Shown: positions 27,509 through 37,257 of the stretch, one piece after another | Numbering within the stretch: position 1 is the stretch's first letter | How the letters are laid out: every line of letters starts with the position of its first letter | Assembly (NCBI GenBank): GCA_024635665.1 | Contig: JAGXIM010000058.1 | Location: 1 to 50,973, forward strand | Direction of reading: 5' to 3' | DNA from: Salinimicrobium sp. | Lineage (GTDB): Bacteria > Bacteroidota > Bacteroidia > Flavobacteriales > Flavobacteriaceae | Length of the DNA stretch: 50,973 bases | Program-made: the position numbers and the translations under genes | The notes under the pieces: generated by a model | Database searches by the model: none | What the model was told of the DNA's origin: nothing | Seen by the model: only the letters and a program-made list of their open reading frames with translations

Positions 27509-28189
27509 ATGAATAAAAGGTTTTTAAATCTGGTTCTTATTGCAGGCGTTGCGGCAGGTAGCGTAGCATGTAAAAACGATAGAGAAAATAAAGTAGAATC
27601 CGGGGAGGCCCAGGAGGCAGCAGTAGCAACGGAAGCAGCCGTAGCTTACGAAATTGATCCTTCCGCTTCTACCATTGAATGGAGGGGAACAAAGCCCACA
27701 GGGGAACACCGCGGGACCATCAATATCCAAAATGGACAAATTATGGCCAATGCTGAAAAAATTACCAGCGGGCAAGTCACCATCGACATGAATTCCATCG
27801 CAGTCACCGATGAAGGTATGGATGAAAAAGATCGCACCAGCCTTGAAAACCACCTTAAAGGAACTGTGGAAGGAAAAGAAACCGATTTCTTCAACGTGCA
27901 GGAATATCCAACCGCAACCTTTGAAATCACAGGGGTGACTGAAGAAAACGGGGAAAAAATGCTACAGGGAAACCTAACCCTTAAAGATGAAACCAAGAAC
28001 ATTCAGTTTCCCTTAAACAACGAGATCGGGGAAGAAGAACTTACTTTGAAAAGTGAAACTTTCGTGATCGATAGAACTGACTGGGGTGTGAACTTCGGCT
28101 CAAAATCTATCTTTGACAATCTTGGGGACAATTTCATTAGCGACGACATGGAACTAACTCTCAATGTGACAGCCAGAAGGGTACAGTAA
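27509..28189 (+). CDS. YceI family lipoprotein
   Basis: Lipobox SVAC; STIEWRG.K, LENHLK..DFF, YPTATF and IDRTDWGV motifs. Confidence 0.92.
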   Translation: MNKRFLNLVLIAGVAAGSVACKNDRENKVESGEAQEAAVATEAAVAYEIDPSASTIEWRGTKPTGEHRGTINIQNGQIMANAEKITSGQVTIDMNSIAVTDEGMDEKDRTSLENHLKGTVEGKETDFFNVQEYPTATFEITGVTEENGEKMLQGNLTLKDETKNIQFPLNNEIGEEELTLKSETFVIDRTDWGVNFGSKSIFDNLGDNFISDDMELTLNVTARRVQ

Positions 28190-28214
28190 TAACGTTTAGA
28201 AAACAGAAGAATAC

Positions 28215-28240
28215 AAAACCGGCTATTGGCCGGTTTTTTT
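28215..28240. terminator. Bidirectional terminator
   Basis: aaaaccggc-tattg-gccggttttttt between convergent genes. Confidence 0.75.
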
Positions 28241-29143
28241 GTGTTGTAAATTATTCAAAGCTTGCTTTAAATTCACATAGTGAAAAGAGAAGCCAGTTTT
28301 CTCAATTTTATCACTGCTCACAAGTTGGCTTCCCAGGACGAGAGTTGACATCTCTCCCATTAAAGTTTTGAGTGCAAAAGCTGGTACTTTTGGCAGCCAC
28401 ACTTTTTTCCCCATTGTGTCTGCCAATTGTTCAATGAGTTGTTCATGGGTGATGGGGTTTGGAGCTACTGCATTGTAGGGGCCGGAAAGTCCATTCTCCA
28501 GTATATGCAAGAATACCCGTGCCAGGTCCTCAATATGTATCCATGACTGCCATTGCTTCCCGCTTCCTAAAGAAGTTCCCAATCCATATTTTAATGGGCG
28601 GGACATTTGTGGTAACGCTCCCCCATCATTTGCCAGGACAAGGCCAATCCTTACTTTTGCTACCCTCAAGCCAAGTTGGTTGAATTCTTCGGCCGCCGCT
28701 TCCCATTTCTGCACAACCTGCCCGAGAAAATCTTCACTGGTTTCTGAAGTGTCTTCGTAGTACATTTTCTGGTAGGAGCTGGGATAGATCCCTATAGCAC
28801 TGGCAGAAACCAGTTGGATCACAGTATGCTCATTTTCATTTAAGGTTTTGTATAGGAGCTTCAAAGAATCCAACCGACTTTGAAGAATGATCTTTTTGTT
28901 TTTTTCCGTCCACGGTTGGAACACACTTGCTCCGGCAAGGTTAATTATCGCCCCTACGCCTTCCAGGCAGTGGCTGTCAATTTCGCCTTTCTTAGGATTC
29001 CAATAGAACCCCTGATAATTTTCTATTTTCTCGATTTTTTCTTTGCTGGTCGTGAGGTAGTTGACCTTGATTCCTTTTTCATGAAATAGTTGGGTTATAT
29101 TTTTTCCAATAAGACCCGTGGCTCCGGTTATAAGTACTCGCAT
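28223..29143 (-). CDS. TIGR01777 family NAD-dependent epimerase/oxidoreductase
   Basis: ITGATGLIG, INLAGA, RIGLVL and GSGKQWQSWIH motifs. Confidence 0.92.
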   Translation of the reverse strand: MRVLITGATGLIGKNITQLFHEKGIKVNYLTTSKEKIEKIENYQGFYWNPKKGEIDSHCLEGVGAIINLAGASVFQPWTEKNKKIILQSRLDSLKLLYKTLNENEHTVIQLVSASAIGIYPSSYQKMYYEDTSETSEDFLGQVVQKWEAAAEEFNQLGLRVAKVRIGLVLANDGGALPQMSRPLKYGLGTSLGSGKQWQSWIHIEDLARVFLHILENGLSGPYNAVAPNPITHEQLIEQLADTMGKKVWLPKVPAFALKTLMGEMSTLVLGSQLVSSDKIEKTGFSFHYVNLKQALNNLQHKKTGQ

Positions 29144-29210
29144 TTTTTATTTTCAAGTTACTTATTTTGAAAAAGTTGTGGAATATCTTTATTAAAGGTT
29201 TAACACGCGC

Positions 29211-29885
29211 TCAAACTTTCGTTGCCCTTAGCATTTCCCGCTTTCCCGGCGGTCCCTGCAAACGCTCTACTACAAAACCCACAGCCTGCATCGCCCTTCT
29301 CACACTTCCTTTAGCCGAATAAGTAACAAGCACACCACCCATTTTTAAAGCCCGGTACATGTTAAGGAAAACTTCTTCTGTCCAAAGTTCTGGTTGGACC
29401 CGCGGTCCAAAAGCATCAAAATATATAAGATCAAAATCCTCTTTGGCCTGAATATCTTTAAAGAACATCTGCTTTTTCTGAAGCTCGAAAAAGGGCAAAA
29501 TCGCTACCTTTTTTTCCCAGGCAGCTTTATGTATTTTTTGAAATGCTCCTACAGCAATTTCTTCAGGAAAGTGGTTTGAATAATCCAGGGCTTGCAATTC
29601 TTCGACAGAAACAGGATAGGCTTCCAATCCGGTGTAATCAATGGAAACTTTCATTTCCTTCGCCTCCAGCAAAGTGATCAGGGTGTTCAACCCCGTCCCA
29701 AAACCTATTTCCAGAATGGAGATTTGTTGTGGAGAAAATTTTTCAGCAAAATGGTGCAGCCCGGTCTTTATAAATACGTGAAAGGCTTCCTGAATGGCGC
29801 CGTGTTTTGAATGGTAATGTTCGTTCCATTCTGGTAGAAAAATAGTGGACGAACCATCAGCCGTTTTTATGATCTCCCTTTTCAA
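29211..29885 (-). CDS. mnmD: tRNA mnm5s2U34 methyltransferase MnmD
   Basis: TADGSST..EHYHS, LEIGFGTGLN, YFDAFGP..QPELW and GPPGKREM motifs. Confidence 0.92.
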   Translation of the reverse strand: MKREIIKTADGSSTIFLPEWNEHYHSKHGAIQEAFHVFIKTGLHHFAEKFSPQQISILEIGFGTGLNTLITLLEAKEMKVSIDYTGLEAYPVSVEELQALDYSNHFPEEIAVGAFQKIHKAAWEKKVAILPFFELQKKQMFFKDIQAKEDFDLIYFDAFGPRVQPELWTEEVFLNMYRALKMGGVLVTYSAKGSVRRAMQAVGFVVERLQGPPGKREMLRATKV

Positions 29886-29887
29886 AA

Positions 29888-30391
29888 CTATTCTTCTATT
29901 TTCACGCCACTTGCCACGAAAGATAAAGTTCTGGCAGGCGCCACAATAGCTTTAATCTCTTCGGGGGATTTCCCGGCATCTTCGGCATAATGCCGCTGTT
30001 CATCTATAGAAAGCTCAGTTACAAAGGCTTTCCCGTGAACCAGCACTTCTTTGTTTTCAATGTCTTTAGGCACAAAAAACGCATAATCTTTAAATTTGAC
30101 CATTACTTCACTACCATCTTCCAATTCCAGGTTCATCCAGCAGCCCTTGTTTTTGCAAACAGAAGCAACATCTGCCCTAAAACGAACATTTAGGGTATCA
30201 CCTTCCTGCAACGCAGCATAGCGCTCCTGCATTTGATAAGCAGAAAGTATATTGTTTAAGCTGAATTCCTCTCCCACAGAAATATAACTGTCCCCATTTT
30301 CAAGTTTTTGGCTGTTAGTATCTTCCTGTGAAAAGGCATCAAAAGATATCATAATCACAGTGATGAGCAATAAAAATTTGTTTATCTTCAT
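29888..30391 (-). CDS. DUF4920 domain secreted protein
   Basis: VCKNKGCWM, VKFKDYAFFVP and HYAEDAG motifs; start moved to MKINKF. Confidence 0.88.
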   Translation of the reverse strand: MKINKFLLLITVIMISFDAFSQEDTNSQKLENGDSYISVGEEFSLNNILSAYQMQERYAALQEGDTLNVRFRADVASVCKNKGCWMNLELEDGSEVMVKFKDYAFFVPKDIENKEVLVHGKAFVTELSIDEQRHYAEDAGKSPEEIKAIVAPARTLSFVASGVKIEE

Positions 30392-30498
30392 AATAATCTT
30401 GTTAAAGGATTGTAAAATTGAAATTAAGATAAAAATAGGCAAAAGCCATCTTTAATTCCAGCATTTAATTCGGTAAATTTGCAGTAAATTTTTTAAAT

Positions 30499-31572
30499 AT
30501 GGAAAATAGTTTACCTACTTCAATCGATGTAGTAGAGGCTAAAACCTCAAAAATCGATTCGGTTGACTTCGAAAACCTCAAGTTTGGAAATGTCTTTACA
30601 GACCACATGATGGTATGCGATTTCGTCGACGGTGAATGGCAGTCACCAAGCATCAAACCTTATGGTCCAATACAACTGGATCCATCTGCCAAGGTCTTTC
30701 ATTACGGACAGGCCATTTTTGAAGGCATGAAAGCTTTTAAGGATGATGATGACCAGGTATGGCTGTTTCGACCAAAAGAAAATATTAACCGGTTCAATAA
30801 ATCGTCAAAACGGTTGGCAATCCCCGAATTCCCGGAAGCCACTTTTCTGGAAGGGCTTGAGCTTTTAGTAAACCTGGATCGCGATTGGGTTAAAAAAGGG
30901 AGGGGAAATTCGCTTTACATCCGCCCGTTTGTGATTGCGACCGAAAATGGCGTTTCCGCATCGCCTTCAAACAGTTACAAATTCTTTATCATTTGTTCCC
31001 CTGCCCAGTCCTATTACAGTGGGGAGGTAAGGGTCGTTTTTGCTGAAGAATTTAGTCGTGCCGCCAGTGGCGGTGTTGGATATGCAAAAGCAGCCGGAAA
31101 TTATGGTGCCCAATTTTACCCAACCAATCTTGCTAAGCAAGAAGGATACCAGCAGATAATCTGGACCGATGCCGATACGCACGAGTTCCTTGAGGAAGCC
31201 GGCACTATGAATATTTTCTTTCGGGTTGGTGACAAATTATTGACGGCTCCTATAAACGACAGGATCCTAAACGGGGTGACCCGAAGAAGTGTTATTGCTT
31301 TAGCCGAAGAAAACGGGATCACAGTTGAAGTAAGGCGTGTTCCTGTGAAGGAGATTGTGGAAGCTGCTGAAAAAGGCGAGTTAAAAGAAATTTTTGGATC
31401 GGGAACAGCAGCTACTATAAATCCTATTAAAGGTTTTGGCTACCAGGGTAAAAAATTCGAACTACCCGAACCAAGCAAGCCTTATTCCGAGTTCTTTAAA
31501 TCTAAATTAATGGACATCCAGTACAACAAAACTGAAGATAAATTTGGCTGGAGACATCCTGTGAAAGCATAG
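30499..31572 (+). CDS. ilvE: Branched-chain amino acid aminotransferase
   Basis: FTDHM, HYGQAIFEGMKA, LYIRPF, AKAAGNY, EEAGTMN, ILNGVTR and GSGTAA motifs. Confidence 0.96.
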   Translation: MENSLPTSIDVVEAKTSKIDSVDFENLKFGNVFTDHMMVCDFVDGEWQSPSIKPYGPIQLDPSAKVFHYGQAIFEGMKAFKDDDDQVWLFRPKENINRFNKSSKRLAIPEFPEATFLEGLELLVNLDRDWVKKGRGNSLYIRPFVIATENGVSASPSNSYKFFIICSPAQSYYSGEVRVVFAEEFSRAASGGVGYAKAAGNYGAQFYPTNLAKQEGYQQIIWTDADTHEFLEEAGTMNIFFRVGDKLLTAPINDRILNGVTRRSVIALAEENGITVEVRRVPVKEIVEAAEKGELKEIFGSGTAATINPIKGFGYQGKKFELPEPSKPYSEFFKSKLMDIQYNKTEDKFGWRHPVKA

Positions 31573-31597
31573 GAAAAAAAAATTTTAAGTATATCTT

Positions 31598-32644
31598 TTA
31601 GAACTTCACCGGAATACGCATCACCCGATCGTATTCCGGTTTTCCTGAAGCATTGGCCCGTTTGAAGATCAAAGTCCCGTTTTTTGTATTGGGTGCTTCA
31701 AAAGAAACCTCAGCCTTAAAAGGCACAAAATCTTCGGTCATCCAGCGACCTTCAGCTTTCACAGATCCCCTCGCCAACGTGTTATTATTTCCATCTACCA
31801 GTTCATAAGGCGCCTGTCCCTCAAAAAACCACTGGCCGCGGGCTTCGCCTTCTATCGAAAAAGGGGAGTCGATTTCGGCGTTTTTGGCAGGTTTTCTCAC
31901 TTTGATGAGATCAGAAATTTCCCGCCGATCCTTGTCGGGATCGAGAAATTCTAAACTGCTTAAAATGGCATTCAGGGTCTTCCTTTTTTCCGCAGGAACC
32001 CCGCCAAAATATTTCATTTTGTCCCCAGCCAAAGGATCACATTTTTCCATTGGGATCTTTTCACCTGCTTCATTCATACATTCGGCACGCAAATTTTGTA
32101 CTGGATAATGAATGAAAATGCTCCCGTACTGATTCCAATTCGGCGGCGGCGAATTGAAACTCAAATTCACTGCCCAAGGATTCCCGTTTTCCAGAAGATA
32201 CACTGTAGATTCTTGCGAATCCACCGTAAAAGAAAGCGGCAAATGAACATCCCACTCTGCCAGAGATTTTCTTGTGCTGCCGGGACCATCTACCCCAAAA
32301 CCTTCTGGCAAAAAGGCAATATAACTTGCAACGGCCGGTTCATGGATGGCAAAAGGAGGCTGGGAATCGTTTTCTACGTCATAAAGGTTTACAACCGGGG
32401 TTTTGGCTGGCAAATTCCCTTCATACATTTCAAAATCCCCGGGAAATTCTATCGAAAAATACCATTTTTGACTGGTATAATTTTGCCAATCTGCTTTTTC
32501 CTTTTCTGAATAATTTAACGTGTCGTCATTTCCATGTTTGTCGCTGTTGTTCACGTGTTCGGGCTCCACTTTATTCTGCTGCTCTCCTCCATTCCGACAG
32601 GAAATCAAAAAAATCACTATAAAGACATACCTAAGAAACCTCAT
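31598..32644 (-). CDS. Lipoprotein with C-terminal Gmad2 immunoglobulin-like domain
   Basis: Lipobox LISC; C-terminal SPFSIEGEARGQWFFEG...WMTEDFVPF...GTLIFKRANASG. Confidence 0.75.
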   Translation of the reverse strand: MRFLRYVFIVIFLISCRNGGEQQNKVEPEHVNNSDKHGNDDTLNYSEKEKADWQNYTSQKWYFSIEFPGDFEMYEGNLPAKTPVVNLYDVENDSQPPFAIHEPAVASYIAFLPEGFGVDGPGSTRKSLAEWDVHLPLSFTVDSQESTVYLLENGNPWAVNLSFNSPPPNWNQYGSIFIHYPVQNLRAECMNEAGEKIPMEKCDPLAGDKMKYFGGVPAEKRKTLNAILSSLEFLDPDKDRREISDLIKVRKPAKNAEIDSPFSIEGEARGQWFFEGQAPYELVDGNNNTLARGSVKAEGRWMTEDFVPFKAEVSFEAPNTKNGTLIFKRANASGKPEYDRVMRIPVKF

Positions 32645-32782
32645 GTTTTTCTTTTGAAGATAAAAAAAGCTTTAGAAGGATCAAATTCCGGGATGATTCC
32701 GATTCCAGAATAAATCTGGAACCTGTACTGCAGCTAATGATTTTTTCATTGCAAAAGCTTAAATTTGCCAAAAACCAGATAG

Positions 32783-32968
32783 ATGTTTACAACGGGACAG
32801 TGGGTATTTGCAGCATTTTTTTTCGTAACCTTTGTCGTGGTTATCATCTTTAGCTACCGTAAAGATCTCAAGTTGCACCGAAAGTATTACAAGGGAAGCC
32901 TTTACATCCTCGCAGGTTTCCTCCTTTTCATCCTCCTCCTTTTTGCGCTCAAGTCTTATCTGAATTAA
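32783..32968 (+). CDS. Small two-TM membrane protein
   Basis: MFTTGQW..F...SYRKDLKLHRKYYKG, a pattern typical of flavobacteria; TAAATTTG box upstream. Confidence 0.75.
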   Translation: MFTTGQWVFAAFFFVTFVVVIIFSYRKDLKLHRKYYKGSLYILAGFLLFILLLFALKSYLN

Positions 32969-33000
32969 TTTTTCCGCGGAATCAATTTTCCATAAAAAAC

Positions 33001-33033
33001 AAAGCCGCCACTCTTTGCAGAATGGCGGCTTTT
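33001..33033. terminator. Bidirectional terminator
   Basis: aaagccgcca...tggcggctttt between convergent genes. Confidence 0.75.
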
Positions 33034-33052
33034 CAACTATATTTTCCCCAGA

Positions 33053-35089
33053 TTAGTTCTCCATTGGAAGAACATCATAGTTCTTGGAATAATCCAGCAT
33101 TTGACTTTCGAAAGATACCGGTTGCATTACTTTTATAGAAGTAATTTCCCCGTCGGCATCCATTTCTGGAACCAGGACAGGATTTACAAATCCAGAATAA
33201 GGAGCAGATTTGAACTGCGCATTGCGCTCCAGCACTTCTTTGTGGATGTCCTTATCAACTTCCACTCCGTAGTCCTCAACCAGGTTTTTAGCTGCCTCGT
33301 AGTCTCCTTCAGATTTAATTCTTTGAGTTTCCTTCAGCAACTCCCCAAAAAGACCGCGTAAGGCTGTATAATCTGTAATATTGAAATAGGTTTTTCCATC
33401 CTTTGTTACTTTTTCGATAATACCTTCTTCCCGGCCTTGTTCGAAGACCCAGGCACTCACCCACTGGCGATTCCTCATATGGGCTTCCTCAACATTGGCT
33501 CCTGGCTCAAGACGAATCAACTGCGTCATCAGTCCGTTACGAATATATCCATCATAAGCGGCTTTTCCCAGTTTTTCATGATCGTCCACTAATCCTAATT
33601 CTTCCAGTTTTGGATCCATCAAGTAATACAATCCTACAAGATCTGCCCGTCCTTCTTCCAAAGTAGAAGCATAGCTCTTCAAGGTTTCTTTAGTCTCGCC
33701 CACACCTGGGTTCAACTGCCCAGAGGCATGTCCCACCACTTCATGAAGTGCAGTATGAAGTTTATCGGCCAGTTGTCCATATTCTTCTTCCAGGGCAACT
33801 TCTTCCTCATCATATGCAAATTCCTGAAGCCTTCCGGTGGTTCCGGCATTGTTATACGCATTAATGATGTTTCCCAAAGAAACAGATTTACTTCCGTGGG
33901 TTTTGCGAATCCAGTTGGAATTCGGCAGGTTCACCCCAATTGGGGTTGCAGGGCTGGCATCCCCGGCTTCTCCGGCCACATTTACCGTTTTGTAGGTCAC
34001 CCCAACAACAGATTTTTTCTTGTGTTCCTCCATCAAAGGCGCGTTATCCTCAAACCACTGTACGTTTTCTTCCAACACCTGCATTTTCTTGCTCATGTCG
34101 AAATCCTTTATCTGTACAATGTTTTCATAAGATCCCCTATATCCTAACGGGTCGTTGTAAACTTCGATGAAACTGTTGATGTAATCAATATTTCCTTCGG
34201 TAGCATTCACCCAGGCAATGTTGTAATCATCCCAGGTTTGAAGATCGCCGGTGTTGTAATAATCGATTAAAAGTCCCAGGGCTTTTGCCTGTTGGTCATT
34301 TTCGGCAACGCCTTGTGCTTTTTCCAGCCAAAAGGTAATTTTATCGATAGCGTCCCCGTACATTCCGCCGCTCTTATAAACCTTCTCGACCATTTCGCCG
34401 TTTTCCTTGACCAGTTTGGAATTTAAGCCAAAAGCAAGTGGTTTATTAGGATCTGGTGATTGTTTCTTCGCATAGAATGCTTCAACATCCTTTGCCGTCA
34501 CTCCATCTCCATAGAAGTTGACAGCCGAACCTTCCACCAATCCTTTAGATTCGTCAAGGTTCACTTTTTTACTGTCTTCATTGTTGAATATTACGGCATA
34601 AGGCTCTCCTGAAAGCAGGGTATTGGTTTCGGTAAGAAGCGTGTTAAAATACTCTTTACTGAATTCTGGTTTGATCTTATCCATTGAATAATGGTGGTGG
34701 ATCCCATTTGCGAACCAAACCCTTTTTAAATAAGTTTCAAAATTTTTCCAGTCCTCGGTGGTTTTATCCCCTTCGTAATTGGTGTAGATGTTTTCCAAAG
34801 CTTCCCTGATCTTCAGGTTGTGCTTATAATTTTGGTCCCAGATTATATCACGCCCACTTAAACCAGCCTGGGTCAAGTAGTAAACCAGCTTTTGTTCTTT
34901 TAGGCTAAGGTCTTCCCAGCCCGGTATTTGGTACCGCAGGACTTTGATATCGGCGAATTGTTCTACCTGATAATCAAAATCATCTGTTTGAGCCAAATCT
35001 TCTGCTTTAGCAGACTGGTCAACAGCATCTGCACAAGAAAAAATGAATGTTGATGCCAACATGAGCATCGATAAAAATTTAATTTTCAT
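33053..35089 (-). CDS. Dipeptidyl-peptidase III (M49) lipoprotein
   Basis: HEVVGH (HExxGH) and EEGRAD motifs; lipobox IFSC after the start MKIKF (35089). Confidence 0.92.
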   Translation of the reverse strand: MKIKFLSMLMLASTFIFSCADAVDQSAKAEDLAQTDDFDYQVEQFADIKVLRYQIPGWEDLSLKEQKLVYYLTQAGLSGRDIIWDQNYKHNLKIREALENIYTNYEGDKTTEDWKNFETYLKRVWFANGIHHHYSMDKIKPEFSKEYFNTLLTETNTLLSGEPYAVIFNNEDSKKVNLDESKGLVEGSAVNFYGDGVTAKDVEAFYAKKQSPDPNKPLAFGLNSKLVKENGEMVEKVYKSGGMYGDAIDKITFWLEKAQGVAENDQQAKALGLLIDYYNTGDLQTWDDYNIAWVNATEGNIDYINSFIEVYNDPLGYRGSYENIVQIKDFDMSKKMQVLEENVQWFEDNAPLMEEHKKKSVVGVTYKTVNVAGEAGDASPATPIGVNLPNSNWIRKTHGSKSVSLGNIINAYNNAGTTGRLQEFAYDEEEVALEEEYGQLADKLHTALHEVVGHASGQLNPGVGETKETLKSYASTLEEGRADLVGLYYLMDPKLEELGLVDDHEKLGKAAYDGYIRNGLMTQLIRLEPGANVEEAHMRNRQWVSAWVFEQGREEGIIEKVTKDGKTYFNITDYTALRGLFGELLKETQRIKSEGDYEAAKNLVEDYGVEVDKDIHKEVLERNAQFKSAPYSGFVNPVLVPEMDADGEITSIKVMQPVSFESQMLDYSKNYDVLPMEN

Positions 35090-35116
35090 TTGTTTATATT
35101 TTTCATTTAAATTAAA

Positions 35117-35184
35117 GGCCATAAGAAATAACAGAACCATCGAAAGGATGGTGCCTATTACCCAATCAGGCCGTAGCAAATGTA
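35117..35184 (-). promoter_or_regulatory. -7 promoter box and long 5'-leader hairpin of the DPP III gene
   Basis: TACATTTG (35177-35184), then GGCC...UAAUAGG-C-ACCAUC-cuuuc-GAUGGU-UCUGUUA...GGCC. Confidence 0.5.
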
Positions 35185-35244
35185 AGAAACATCGGCCAAA
35201 AATAACTATCTTAGCAGTCTAATCAACAAACTTGCCAGAGAACA

Positions 35245-36273
35245 ATGAAAATTATTAAATACCTCCTTTTTCTCGTCCTTATCCTTTTTATTGCCGGTTC
35301 CATCTACATTGCCACAAAAGATGGTGATTACAAGGTACAATCAACCAGTCTCGTCAATGCACCTGCATCCCTGTTGTACAACGAAGTTGCAGATCTCGAA
35401 AACTGGAAAACCTGGAATGCCTGGAACAATCTGGATGGAATTACTCTCGAACTAAGCGAAAACACTTCCGGGGAAGGTGCCGAAATTATTTGGCAGGCAG
35501 ATGAAATTCGGAATGGACGTATAATTACCATTTCCGGGATCCCCTATTCCAGGCTTCAGCAAAAACTAATAATGGAAACAATTATTGGAGAAGCCGAAGG
35601 AGAAATCCTCTGGACTTTTGAACCTGAAGAAGGACAAACCCGTGTCACCTGGACTTTAGAAGGTTCCCAGAGTTTCAAAGAAAAACTGGCCTTTACACTT
35701 CAGGACAGGGGAATAACCGAAGTTCTTCAACCTGTTTTTGAAGAAAGCATCCAAAACCTGGAAGACAATGTCATTGCCAGCATGGAAGCCTACACGGTTA
35801 ACGTGGACGGGGTGACCGAGCACGGCGGCGGCTATTATATGTACACCACCACTGCCGCAAAAATGGGCGAGGTGAATGAAAAAGCTACTGAAATGATCGA
35901 GCAGGTGAGCATCTATATGGATCAAAACAATATTTCGATTAGCGGAAAACCTTTTGTTATTTATAACCAGCGGGATGAAAGAAATGCCAGTACGATCTTT
36001 TCGGCGGCAGTTCCCACACCGAGCCAGGTGGTGACCCCTTCGGGAAGCCCTGTGCTTAATGGTTACCTGGAACCGCAAAAAGTGGTCAAAACCACACTAC
36101 GGGGAAATCATAAAAATGCTCCTGAAGCCTGGGAAAAGACCTATCGATATATAGAAAACAACGGATTACAAGTAGACCCACAGGGGCAACCTTTTGAAAT
36201 TTTTATCACGAACCCTGCTGAAGTCGAGAATCCAGCTTTATGGGTGACAGAGATCTATATTCCTGTTGAATGA
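35245..36273 (+). CDS. Membrane-anchored SRPBCC + GyrI-like small-molecule-binding protein
   Basis: N-terminal TM; SRPBCC-like DLENWKTWNAW...TRVTW; C-terminal PFEIFITNP..WVTEIYIPV. Confidence 0.82.
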   Translation: MKIIKYLLFLVLILFIAGSIYIATKDGDYKVQSTSLVNAPASLLYNEVADLENWKTWNAWNNLDGITLELSENTSGEGAEIIWQADEIRNGRIITISGIPYSRLQQKLIMETIIGEAEGEILWTFEPEEGQTRVTWTLEGSQSFKEKLAFTLQDRGITEVLQPVFEESIQNLEDNVIASMEAYTVNVDGVTEHGGGYYMYTTTAAKMGEVNEKATEMIEQVSIYMDQNNISISGKPFVIYNQRDERNASTIFSAAVPTPSQVVTPSGSPVLNGYLEPQKVVKTTLRGNHKNAPEAWEKTYRYIENNGLQVDPQGQPFEIFITNPAEVENPALWVTEIYIPVE

Positions 36274-36641
36274 TGAAACAAGTTCTGCTCGTCTTTTTGG
36301 GTGGTGGTGTGGGAAGTGCCCTACGTTTCCTGATTTCTAAAGAACTGAACCAGTTAACATCCATCCCTCTGGGGACTTTTCTAGTCAATGTGGTGGGAAG
36401 TCTGTTGATAGGCATCATTCTCGGCCTGGGCATGAAACAACAGCTTTTCTCAACGAATATCACCTTATTACTGGCCACGGGATTTTGTGGCGGATTCACC
36501 ACCTTTTCTGCTTTTAGTTATGAGAATCAGGTGCTCCTGAAGACGGGGGATTTTCTTACCATGGGATTGTACACAACAGGCACTTTCATCCTGGGAATTT
36601 CAGCTGTTTTCGCCGGACTTTACCTGGCACGATCCTTCTAA
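36270..36641 (+). CDS. crcB: Fluoride channel CrcB/FluC
   Basis: GGGVGSALRF, PLGTFLVN and TGFCGGFTTFSAF motifs. Confidence 0.96.
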   Translation: MMKQVLLVFLGGGVGSALRFLISKELNQLTSIPLGTFLVNVVGSLLIGIILGLGMKQQLFSTNITLLLATGFCGGFTTFSAFSYENQVLLKTGDFLTMGLYTTGTFILGISAVFAGLYLARSF

Positions 36642-36645
36642 AAAC

Positions 36646-37248
36646 CTATTTTTCATAAGCCATTACCCCGGCGTTAATAGCTATTTCAAGATGGTTTTTT
36701 TCAGGCGGGATAGGACACGAGTATTCCCCACTGTAAGCACAGTAAGGATTATATGCCTTATTGAAATCAATAAGCATTCTATTGGCTTTTGGTATCTTTA
36801 GGTCCACATACCTTCCGCCGGAATAAGAAGAATTACCATTTGTAAGGTCAGTAAAAGGCAGAAAAAGATAATCTTTATATTCAGCTTTTTTGTTAAGCTG
36901 CTGACTTTGATACACGTCCAGTTCAAAGTCTTTCCCGTTCAAACTGAAGTACAATTCGCCATATTTCACGTAAAGTGGTTTCCTATCTGTTGTCGTGGGC
37001 ATTTCAAAAGGCGCTTCAAACGGGGTACGAACAAATTCTGCGATGACTATAAAAGTCGTATCCACAGGAAAAAATTCCAAAGAGCTGAAATTCTTGCGAG
37101 CCTTAAGAGGCAGCGGCGAATGTTCAGGGCTTTTGAATTCCATGTTGATCTCCTTCTGAAAATTCTGCGCAGAAATGACATTTTTGGATACCTGTGCTTC
37201 CGCAAAAGAGCCTGAAATCACAAAGCATAAAAATAGTAGGAACTTCAT
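36646..37248 (-). CDS. DUF1684 domain secreted protein
   Basis: LFLPFTDLTNG.SYSGGRY and DFNKAYNPYCAY...CPIPP motifs. Confidence 0.92.
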   Translation of the reverse strand: MKFLLFLCFVISGSFAEAQVSKNVISAQNFQKEINMEFKSPEHSPLPLKARKNFSSLEFFPVDTTFIVIAEFVRTPFEAPFEMPTTTDRKPLYVKYGELYFSLNGKDFELDVYQSQQLNKKAEYKDYLFLPFTDLTNGNSSYSGGRYVDLKIPKANRMLIDFNKAYNPYCAYSGEYSCPIPPEKNHLEIAINAGVMAYEK

Positions 37249-37257
37249 TGGATTTTA

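Noticed and set aside
35100-35244. Fluoride riboswitch upstream of the crcB operon (contains GATGGTG)
   Set aside because: It lacks the pseudoknot partner and the conserved 3' segment, and the hairpin's wobble pairs favour the opposite strand.
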